The position numbers and the translations under genes were made by a program. A DNA stretch of 64,000 nucleotides from Octopus vulgaris. Its lineage: Eukaryota. The notes beneath the pieces are model-generated. The model was given only the letters and a program-made list of their open reading frames with translations. It was not told the origin of the DNA and did no database searches. The DNA is taken from positions 189,968,001 through 190,032,000 of the forward strand of contig OX597814.1 of NCBI GenBank assembly GCA_951406725.2, in the 5' to 3' direction. Positions within the stretch are counted from its first letter, which is position 1, and each line of letters begins with the position of its first letter. This document shows, one piece after another, positions 54,409-64,000 of the stretch.

Positions 54409-55365
54409 CGTCAGTGATGATAATATCAACTATAATTTATTTTACAAAAAGTTCAAATAGACACTTTGACGGTTTTGTATTTTGCAAAAAATAAATTGAA
54501 AAAAAAAACAGACTTTTAGCAACGTCCATGGCTCTTGACCAGTAATCGAAACCTGATGTTAATATCTTCATTTACGTCATCACGACATAGCCGTGGCTAC
54601 TGTTATCTTTAAAGATGCCATATTCATTGTCTTTCTCATCATTATCAATTCAGCGTCACCACCTTCACCAACGTCATTGTCTCGTGCACTTTTCAAAGAA
54701 AATGCAAGGAAGTTTATATGGCATCGTAATTTAGACGGAGTTTGCAGGCAATGATGGTTGTGATAAACCGTCTTGAGTTTGGTGGCGAGGAGAGGAACTA
54801 TAAAAATATAGTCTGAATGAATTAAAACCGTTTCAACTCACGCACGTATACTCATACACATGCAAACACACACATACACACACAAACACGTACACACACG
54901 CACAAACACAAGCAAACGCACACACAGACATAAGCACACATACTTGCATGCATCATCGTTTCATGAATATCATTTTAAAATTATTTGTATATAATATTTA
55001 TTTATACAGTTTCTCAATACTATTTCGATACACAGTTCTCGGGAGTCCTTATTTATACTATTTTATTCATTCATTCATTCATTTATTCATTAACGAAGTG
55101 GTTGTTTGTTGGTTTTTGTGTTCTTTTTTTTTTACTGTTTGTTTTTCTTTTTTATTTTTCTTACTTTGTTGTTTTGATTATTCTTTTTTAAACACCGTCT
55201 GTTTATATAGCTTCATACAAATACGTGACAACATAATTTAATGACTAAACATTTTATAAACCTATTGAAACGTAAATCACGCAAATATATTACTGGCTTT
55301 CTTCAATTAAACTGTGCTTTACTGCTTGCACTACTCAAAGTGCAATATATATGCGTGTATACATA

Positions 55366-55592
55366 TATTTCTTTACTACCCACAAGGGGCTAAACACAGA
55401 GGGGACAAACAAGGACAGACAAAGGGATTAAGTCGATTACATCGACCCCAGTGCGTAACTGGTACTTAATTTATCGACCCCGAAAGGATGAAAGGCAAAG
55501 TCGACCTCGGCGGAATTTGAACTCGGAACGTAACGACAGACGAAATACGACTACGCAGGTCGCCCGGCGTGCTAACGTTTCTGCCAGCTCGC
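55366..55592 (-). mobile_element. SINE family A monomer
   Basis: Near-complete copy; TATATATGCGTGTATA duplicated on both flanks. Confidence 0.9.
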
Positions 55593-56651
55593 GTGTATAT
55601 ATATGCGTGTATATATATGTATGTGTGCGTGTGCGTGCGTGCATGCGTGAGGTTGGTGGTGTATGTGTGTGTACATACATATATAGCATGCACATGTGTG
55701 TGTATAAATGCTGTTATGTTGGACATGTTAGATAATGTTGTTCCAGATACATTATGTCTGAAAAAATTTCGATGGAATGGTCTCAGATGTAACGCCTTTT
55801 ATCGTAGATCTTTTCAATCAAGAGCAACTAATTGCTAAGCAAGAACCACCAGTTCTGGAAAAGTTCGAAATACTCATTTAAACGTAAATCTCTAATTTTA
55901 CGATACTAGCGTATTGTCAACTATACTGTATTGTTGTGGAACAATGACAGTCATTGACAATTAAGAAATGGACAGAAGATAGAAAAATTGACGACTTCTT
56001 TGTCAAACATTCGAGATGAATCATGGCAATAATCTGGTATGATCTCATGAAGGTTGAAATTTCAACGAGAAATCAGCATACACCAATATCACCAAGTCAC
56101 GATTATGATTTGTAAGCACCATTTCTAATAATCTAGTCACGCCCTGCTATACACACCTCAAAGTGTGCCACGTTCTGAAAGACATGCGATAATTTAAAGA
56201 TTTAAAGTTGGACGGCGTTTGGAGGATTTAACTCACGTCCCGCGTCGAACAGGTTGTTCTGGTTCTGCATTAATATCTCTAACTTCAAAATCGCCGTACG
56301 AGGCACGGTCCCAGGAATTTCTCGAAGGGAGGGCAAAAAGTCAGAAGGGAATACAATTCCAGGAGAAAAGGGAGTAATAACATTATTTAGAAGGGTGCAC
56401 TTTTTTTCCTGAGTGGGCACGTGCACCTCAGCCCCGCCCCTGCCTACAACTAAAGTCAATGATCAGAGTAGTAGTGATGGTAGTGGTGGTGGTGGTGGTG
56501 GTGGTGGTGGTGGTGGTGATGGTAATGTTGTTGCCATCAAAAGATTGCTAAACTCCGTCTTTAGTAGCGTGTTACAGCGATGCACCCACCACTGTGGTTT
56601 TTCAGATGTGCTAGTTACTCTCTTACTTGTGGTCCGACTTCAAGCATTTTT

Positions 56652-57052
56652 CTTTTACTCTTTTACTTGTTTCAGTCATTTGACTGCGGCCATGCTGGAG
56701 CACCGCCTTTAGTCGAGCAAATCGACCCCGGGACTTATTCTTTGTAAGCCCAGTACTTATTCTATCGGTCTCTTTTTGCCGAACCGCTAAGTGACGGGGA
56801 CATAAACACACCAGCATTGGTTGTCAAGCAATGCTAGGGGGACAAACACAGACACACAAACATATACACACACACTTATATATATATATACATATATACG
56901 ACAGGCTTCTTTCAGTTTCCGTCTACCAAACCACTCACAAGGCATTGGTTGGCCCGGGGCTATAGCAGAAGACACTTGCCCAAGATGCCACGCAGTGGGA
57001 CTGAACCCGGAACCATGTGGCTGGTTAGCAAGCTACTTACCACACAGCCACT
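56652..57052 (-). mobile_element. SINE family B
   Basis: Full-length homologue. Confidence 0.9.
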
Positions 57053-57667
57053 TTGTGTTCTTTTTTTGTTTCTTTTCTGTTTTTTTTCCCACTTATTTTT
57101 CCTTATTTTAAAATCAAATATTTTATCGTTGCAGGGATTCAAAAAAGAATCTAACCCTCTGTGATCTTGTAGGTAGTTCTGCAAAAAAACCCTCAACTTT
57201 TACAAATAACAAGTCCCTAACCAATAAACAATAAGCGTTAGTCAAATTTTTACGTAAACTAATCTTAATAATAGTCGTTTCTCACATAGATACAAATCCA
57301 GAATTTAAAGATAGTATTTGATTGGTAATTTGGCCACAGCGGTGTTTGAACTCTGAATACAAAAAGCCGGAACAAATTCCTCATAGCGGCGTCAAGTCTT
57401 TAAGCAAGAACATATCTAGGGTCTTTACCTTTTGACTGACAGATTTTTAAAAAACATTTTGTAACTAAACGCTTTCAACCTTCGTATACTGGTAGAATGT
57501 GTCACATAAAATATCTTTTATTCTTGGCGTTGTTGAGAAAATTCTGTATTTTGGAAGTTATTATTTTGTTAAAGTTGTCGTATTTCGGTAATTTCAACCA
57601 ATCAATGACGTGTATTCAGCGGAATAAAATTACTGCTGTTGTTTGTCAACAACAACTTCCGGCGCAT

Positions 57668-57745
<78 letters not shown>

Positions 57746-57747
<2 letters not shown>

Positions 57748-57896
57748 GACGGGCTTTTTCAGACTCTGTCTATAACATCCACTCTGAAAGTTTTGGTCGG
57801 CCTGAGGTTATAGCAGAAGACACGTGCCCAAGGAGCCACGCAGTGGGACAAAACCCTGAACCATGTAGTTGGGAAGCAAGGTCCTTACCACACAGT
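57746..57896 (-). mobile_element. SINE family B, diverged 5' half
   Basis: Head and central domain only. Confidence 0.7.
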
Positions 57897-57903
57897 GACG
57901 TGT

Positions 57904-57948
<45 letters not shown>

Positions 57949-58095
57949 TGTGTGTGTGTCTGTGTGTGTGTGTGATAAAACATCTTAAATTATAAATTAG
58001 TATTGAATTAAAGAAATCTGTTAGAAAGACCGATGAACAAATATATGATGGACGAAAGATTTTGCGTAAGCGATCTTCATAATTTACACATTTTT

Positions 58096-58252
58096 AGCTT
58101 GCTTACCAACCACGTGGTTCCGGGTTCAGTCCCACTGCGTGGCACCTTGGGCAAGTGTCTTCTACTGTAGCCTCGGGCCAAGCAAAGCCTTGTGAGTGGA
58201 TTTGTTAAACGTAAACTGAAAGAAGCCCGTCGTATATATGTAGATATGTATG

Positions 58253-58338
<86 letters not shown>

Positions 58339-58552
58339 TATGTTTGTGTGTCTGTATTTGCCCCCCCGCCAACATTGCTTGACAACCGATGCTGGTGTGT
58401 TTACGCCCCCGTAACTTAGCGGTTCGCCAAAAGACCGATAGAATAAGTACTAGGCTTACAAAGGATAAGTCTTGGGAGTCGATTTTCTCGACTAAAGGCG
58501 GTGCTCCAGCATGGCCGCAGTCAAATGACTGAAACAAGTAAAAGAGTAAAAG
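58096..58552 (+). mobile_element. SINE family B, 5'-truncated
   Basis: Lacks the A box; long internal (TG)n. Confidence 0.9.
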
Positions 58553-58867
58553 ATATATGGTTGGAAATCTGAAATACTGAATAGCGCTTACACAAATCCC
58601 CAAAATTTTCCAACATGTTTGTGCTAATTTGGTGTTGTAGGTAGGGGAATTTTTATTTTTATTAATCATTTTTAATCAAAGAAAATCTTTATTAATGTAA
58701 CTATTCCCCCAAATTCTTTATCGCTCTATATATGTGTGTATATATGTGTTTGCGAGTGTGTGTGTACGTGTGTCAGTGTATGTGTAAGTGTGTGTATGCT
58801 GTGCTTTTATATATGCATCTACCTGTATACATGCATATATGTATATGTGTGTATACACACACACAAA

Positions 58868-58913
<46 letters not shown>

Positions 58914-58939
58914 TATATATATCAATGTATATGTATGTA

Positions 58940-59455
<516 letters not shown>

Positions 59456-59750
59456 TGGACAGGTCAAGAGTCCTGTATCTTGACCCTGGCCGAAGCAGCA
59501 ATTGTTGGGTTATTTTTAGAAATGTTGTAAATATCCTTTGTCAGAGATTTTTATATTTTTATATTTCAATTGTCATCATCATTGTCAGCACCTTAATTAT
59601 TGTTGCTAGTGGTGATGGTGGTGGCAATAGAACTTTTAACCCTAAATAAGATAATTTTCCTGCTATCTTCGTCTTGATCACCTTTAGTATTGTTGTTGTT
59701 GTTAGTGGTCATGGTCGTAGCAGTGGAAGCAATACCTCTAAGTATTATTA

Positions 59751-62078
59751 TTATTGCTTATTTAGCTTGGGTTCGAATTTATCAATAAAATTCTTTTCTC
59801 TGATTTTCCTCTCGATTTCACTTGGGCTGTGTAATTTGTAGAATGGAAATATTATATATATTTTCCGACCACATGTTGCTAGGTGGTTACTCAAAGGTAT
59901 CTGACGGACCTCTGGGTCTCTAATCTGTTGCCGGTGTACACGTGAGCGTTCTAATAGTGCGTTTCCCGTCTGACCTACATATATTTCTTCACAATTTGGG
60001 CATTTGATGCAGTAAATTAAATTTCTGCTTTTGCAGTTCATATTCGCGTTTGTGAATATTTTCCCGGTTTTTGTGTTTATATATTGACCGGTATGTATGA
60101 ATTGGCATGTGCCACATCGGCTATCATTGCATTTAGATACCGTGAATGTTTGGTCTTTGTTGCTGAGGTCAAATTTTGCCTTTGTTAGTAATGTTTTCAA
60201 GTTTTTAGGCTGTCTTTTACTAAGCACCATAGCTCGATCCTTGATTATGTCTTTTAATTCATTACTTTGGGCAATGATTGGTAGGTTTGCTTTGGCAATG
60301 TTGAAGATATTCTGGTGACATGGGTTGTGTGTCACTATGAATGGTATGACTTGTTCTTGTTTTCCTCTTCCTTGGGTTGTCCTAAGTTGTTGTATAGGTA
60401 TTTTTATAGCCCGCTGTATGCCATTTTCTATAAGTAGAGATGGGTATTTTTGTTTGAGCAAAAATTCTCTTAGTTCTATTAGGCGTTTGTTCCTGATATT
60501 TGCATCTTCTACAATAGTACAAATTCTTCTGGCTAGGCAGTATGGGATGTTACGTTTTGTATGTGGTGGATGGCACGACTTAAAATTTAGGTATTGATGT
60601 GTGTCTGTGTGTTTATAGTATATATCTGTGTTGATGGTGGTGTCTTTTTTAATTACCATTATATCCAGGAATGGTAATTTGGTACTACTCATCTCCTTTG
60701 TAAATTTGAGAGATGGGTGTAGGTTGTTCAGGAGGATATTGAACTCTTCCAGAGTATTTAGAGATTCTGTCCAGATTATGAAACAGTCGTCTAGGTATCT
60801 CTTCCATGCCTTTTCAATATACTTTCTAAATCCAGTGCCATAGTTTACCTCCACCTCTTGGTAGAGTTGTTCTTCTAAGTATCCCATTACAGAGTTGGCG
60901 TAAACGGGAGCAAACCTCGTTCCCATCGCCGTGCCTCTAATTTGGATGTAATTCTTTCCATTGAAGAAGAATGTGTTATTTTCTAGAATAAGTTTGACTG
61001 TGTCTAATATAAATGGCACTGTGAATCTGCTGGGAATCACTTCTCTATGTTTTTCTAACCAGTATTTAATCGCCTTTATTCCTAAATCGTGTGGAATATT
61101 GGTGTAGAGGCTTACCACATCAAAACTTAGCAAAACTGAATTTGTTTCTGTTGTTTTGGGAAGATGGGACAGGAAGTCGATGTCATCCCTGATGAAACTA
61201 GGTATGTAAGTACATAGTGGTTTCAAAACAATGTCAATAAAATTGCTTAGACGGTGTGTAGGGCATGCTGGACCAGCTATAATAGGTCTAAGTTTTAGGT
61301 CTTTTGGATGTAATAATTTTATGTACTCACTTTCTTGTTCTTTTACTGCCTGTTGAATGTTTTTTGATTTGTGTATTTTTGGTAAGCCGTAGAAGTTGCT
61401 GGGTTTTGGTTCAAAATTGGTGATGTAGTCTTTTTCATTATCCGTAAGTGAGTTGTGGTGTGTTGAAATCAGGTTGTTGATCTTTTTCATGATGTGGTGG
61501 TCTATATTTGCGGGTATTTCACAATAGAAGGTTGTATCCTTCAGTTGGTCTTCAACCAAATCCTTATAGTATTCGGTATCCATAATAACAATTGCACCAC
61601 CTTTATCTGCTTGTTTAATTATTATTGTTTGATCGTTTTGTATACGTTTACATGCAGACATCTCTGATTTGCTAATGTTTGGCCTAACATTGGTATTGCG
61701 TCTAAGGGGCAATTTAGACAGGATATCAATGTATTGGTCAAGGTAGTTATTTCTTCCTTTTGGTGGGGTGAAATTTGATTTATTCCTTACTAGGGATTCA
61801 TCAATCTCATTACTTTTGTTAGCGAAGAATTCTACAAGTCGTAATTTTCGACAGAATTTTTGGATATCCTCCTTTAATTCTTGGTGGTTGGCTGTTGGTG
61901 TAGGTGTGAATTTCAGTCCTTTTGACAGAAGTTGGATTTCATCATTGTCAAGATCTCTTTTTGATAAATTAATTATTTTAGGATCTATACGTTCAGTTGT
62001 TTGGGGTATGTTTCCTCTTGGATTTTTTCTTTCTCCGGTGTTTGTTGTCCTGACGTAAAAAAATGGATTTTTTTCTGG
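59751..62078 (-). CDS. PLE reverse transcriptase + GIY-YIG endonuclease (open frame of 775 codons, longer than the 653-aa ORF-track call)
   Basis: Frame is open from the TAA at 62081-62079. The extension encodes the PLE N-terminal motifs IINLSKRDL..LLSKGLKFTPTP and FCRKLRLVEFF. Then QADKG, FDVVSLYTNIP, QIRGTAMG, RYLDD, linker CNDSRCGTC, and LIY..CPNC..YVGQT..R..H..H endonuclease motifs. Confidence 0.95.
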   Translation of the reverse strand, partial: PEKNPFFYVRTTNTGERKNPRGNIPQTTERIDPKIINLSKRDLDNDEIQLLSKGLKFTPTPTANHQELKEDIQKFCRKLRLVEFFANKSNEIDESLVRNKSNFTPPKGRNNYLDQYIDILSKLPLRRNTNVRPNISKSEMSACKRIQNDQTIIIKQADKGGAIVIMDTEYYKDLVEDQLKDTTFYCEIPANIDHHIMKKINNLISTHHNSLTDNEKDYITNFEPKPSNFYGLPKIHKSKNIQQAVKEQESEYIKLLHPKDLKLRPIIAGPACPTHRLSNFIDIVLKPLCTYIPSFIRDDIDFLSHLPKTTETNSVLLSFDVVSLYTNIPHDLGIKAIKYWLEKHREVIPSRFTVPFILDTVKLILENNTFFFNGKNYIQIRGTAMGTRFAPVYANSVMGYLEEQLYQEVEVNYGTGFRKYIEKAWKRYLDDCFIIWTESLNTLEEFNILLNNLHPSLKFTKEMSSTKLPFLDIMVIKKDTTINTDIYYKHTDTHQYLNFKSCHPPHTKRNIPYCLARRICTIVEDANIRNKRLIELREFLLKQKYPSLLIENGIQRAIKIPIQQLRTTQGRGKQEQVIPFIVTHNPCHQNIFNIAKANLPIIAQSNELKDIIKDRAMVLSKRQPKNLKTLLTKAKFDLSNKDQTFTVSKCNDSRCGTCQFIHTGQYINTKTGKIFTNANMNCKSRNLIYCIKCPNCEEIYVGQTGNALLERSRVHRQQIRDPEVRQIPLSNHLATCGRKIYIIFPFYKLHSPSEIERKIREKNFIDKFEPKLNKQ

Positions 62079-63277
62079 TTATGATTTATATTCCTGTTGA
62101 TGTTTGCTTGATGAATTTTGCGTTTTGGTTGTGGTACTTTACTTGGTTTCGTTATGTTTTCTGTCTTGTTTTTGGTATTATGTATGCTACTTTTCAATTT
62201 CTTGTTAGCATTGTTTTTAACCACCTGGAGAAATGATCTGGGTTTACTTCTAGATCTAGATCGGTTTTTTGTCCAGTTTCTTGTGGGTAATCTCTGTTGA
62301 GGTCTTGAAAATGATCTCCTGTTATTTCTACTGCTAATGGTCTGTTCAAAACAATATCTATTTTGTTTGTGCTTTTTGTTCATGTTGTGTGCATTAGGGT
62401 GTTTGCATACAAAATGGGAAGAGTTCTTACCGTAGTTCGTCTTCGATTCGTGGTGAAACGGGCGTTCATGTTGCCACGTGTTCTGGTGTATGTTGCGTTG
62501 GTGAGGTTGTCCACTTTTAATGCTATTTCTCGGAGTTCTGGTGTCTTTACCGTAATTTGTAGCATATTTGTCGAGAAATAATTGTTTCCGCTGCCAAAAC
62601 TTTCTTGATCTGCTTTCTTCTTTTGAGATATCTCTGATCCATAGTTCTCGCATTTTTTCTGCTATATTGCCGGTCGTTAGTTTGGATATTTCATCTCTGA
62701 TTTGATCATCGATAGCTTCGTATTTGGCTTTGTAGCGGGATTGTTTAGACAGGGTAATGGAGATGTCGGTCCTGAATTTTATCAAACTAAGGTCCCATCG
62801 AAGTTTAGTTTCTTCCTCTGGTTCTCCTGCAATTTCTTTAATTAGGTACTTCCGAGGAAGTATGGGTGCCGCTAAAGATATCCATTTCGAATGTATTTCA
62901 GCATATTTTTCGCATTTATATGCCTTCCAGAAGTTTTGTTTTCTTATGTTAAGGAGTTTTTTCCATGTCTTCTGTATCTCTTCTCTTTTTCGGTGTGCCT
63001 CTTTTTCCAGATTTCTTTCGTTTATTTCTGACATCCAAGGAGGTTGTGGTAGGCTTTCTCTTGTAGATTTTATAATTGTTGGTATCATTTCAGCTAAATT
63101 CTTAATTTCAGAGTTTATGTGTTCATTTCCAAGTTTTCCGTCTGTAGACTGTTTTTCTATTTCCTTTAAAATAGAGGATTGTGTGTCAATCATCGTGATG
63201 AGTGTTGATAATTTCGATGAAATTTCCATTAGAATTCTTTCGGATTCTGTTAATTTTGTTTGTTGCTTTCCAGACAT
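61985..63277 (-). CDS. PLE ORF1, 430 aa: helical/coiled-coil-like N-terminal part, basic R/S/N/K-rich C-terminal part; function unknown
   Basis: Uninterrupted ATG-initiated ORF starting about 75 nt downstream of the 5' pseudo-LTR; overlaps the RT frame by 94 nt. Confidence 0.85.
   Translation of the reverse strand: MSGKQQTKLTESERILMEISSKLSTLITMIDTQSSILKEIEKQSTDGKLGNEHINSEIKNLAEMIPTIIKSTRESLPQPPWMSEINERNLEKEAHRKREEIQKTWKKLLNIRKQNFWKAYKCEKYAEIHSKWISLAAPILPRKYLIKEIAGEPEEETKLRWDLSLIKFRTDISITLSKQSRYKAKYEAIDDQIRDEISKLTTGNIAEKMRELWIRDISKEESRSRKFWQRKQLFLDKYATNYGKDTRTPRNSIKSGQPHQRNIHQNTWQHERPFHHESKTNYGKNSSHFVCKHPNAHNMNKKHKQNRYCFEQTISSRNNRRSFSRPQQRLPTRNWTKNRSRSRSKPRSFLQVVKNNANKKLKSSIHNTKNKTENITKPSKVPQPKRKIHQANINRNINHNQKKIHFFTSGQQTPEKEKIQEETYPKQLNV
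62057..62063 (-). promoter_or_regulatory. Candidate -1 ribosomal frameshift slippery heptamer U_UUU_UUU
   Basis: CAU UUU UUU ACG in the ORF1 frame; a -1 slip enters the RT frame, which opens only 15 nt upstream of the run. Confidence 0.55.
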
Positions 63278-63482
63278 GTTGGCATATACACAATAGGAAT
63301 ATAGATATATATATATATGGGTGTGTGTGATTGTGTATAGAGGAATATATTAATAAAAAGAATTCCAACCTTGTCTGATTTTCACGTTTTATTTACAATC
63401 TTATAATGATATATTATAAGATAATATATTATAATTGAATAAAATAAAATGAAATAGTAGAATGTTAAATATTCATTCTGAT

Positions 63483-63527
63483 TGAACTAGTACTTTCATG
63501 CATTGAATTCTGCAATCTTCGGGTTCA
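63483..63527 (-). ncRNA. Minimal type I hammerhead ribozyme (5' pseudo-LTR)
   Basis: Identical copy of the motif at 59215-59259. Confidence 0.8.
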
Positions 63528-63590
63528 TGTAGTAGTGTTGACAGTCATGCTTCACAATTTTTGACTGTAGCAAGATGAGTGATTCTGTGC

Positions 63591-63704
63591 TATAAATACA
63601 GCTGGGTAGGCTCCAGAGTGCTAGGTTTTGCAAACTGTATTCTGACCAATCAGTGTGTAGTATCACTCAATTACTTAAGCTGATTGGTTGGTTGAGCTGA
63701 TTGG
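63591..63704 (-). promoter_or_regulatory. Candidate Pol II promoter in the pseudo-LTR (CCAAT boxes + TATA-like)
   Basis: CCAAT on minus at 63704-63700 and 63687-63683, on plus at 63646-63650; TATTTATA/TATAAATA at 63591-63598. Confidence 0.35.
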
Positions 63705-63720
63705 TTTAGGCATCACGCTT

Positions 63721-64000
<280 letters not shown>

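Noticed and set aside
56295-56452. GC-richer segment resembling a small non-autonomous DNA transposon
   Set aside because: Termini too decayed to define TIRs or a TSD; single copy in the window.
57415-57665. Possible DNA-transposon end fragment before a CA/TA tract
   Set aside because: No second terminus or second copy within the window.
60097-63296. Plus-strand ORFs overlapping the PLE (e.g. 62757-63296, 179 aa)
   Set aside because: Antisense shadows of the real minus-strand ORFs; no recognisable motifs.

Overview
AT-rich, microsatellite-dense eukaryotic DNA; the SINE repertoire suggests a cephalopod such as Octopus (inference). The window is almost entirely repeats. (1) An apparently intact Neptune-type Penelope-like element (PLE) lies at 59086-63723 on the minus strand, inserted in (TA)n. 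It has 370-bp pseudo-LTRs that look identical by eye, each with a minimal hammerhead ribozyme, and two overlapping ORFs (a 430-aa ORF1 and an RT + GIY-YIG ORF in the -1 frame) that meet at a U7 slippery site. (2) Several unrelated short fold-back PLE/retrozyme-like relics carry complete or partial hammerheads. (3) A 5'-truncated CR1-like LINE keeps an uninterrupted 437-aa ORF; Dong/R4-like and other LINE relics are also present. (4) About 40 tRNA-derived SINE copies fall into at least four modular families; one family forms 184-bp head-to-tail multimers with a fixed junction and inserts into its own copies. (5) Mariner-type, hAT-type and other fold-back MITEs are present. One or two candidate host exons lie on the minus strand. 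Most ORFs in the supplied track are microsatellite or SINE artefacts. Coordinates were read by eye; family labels A-E are mine.
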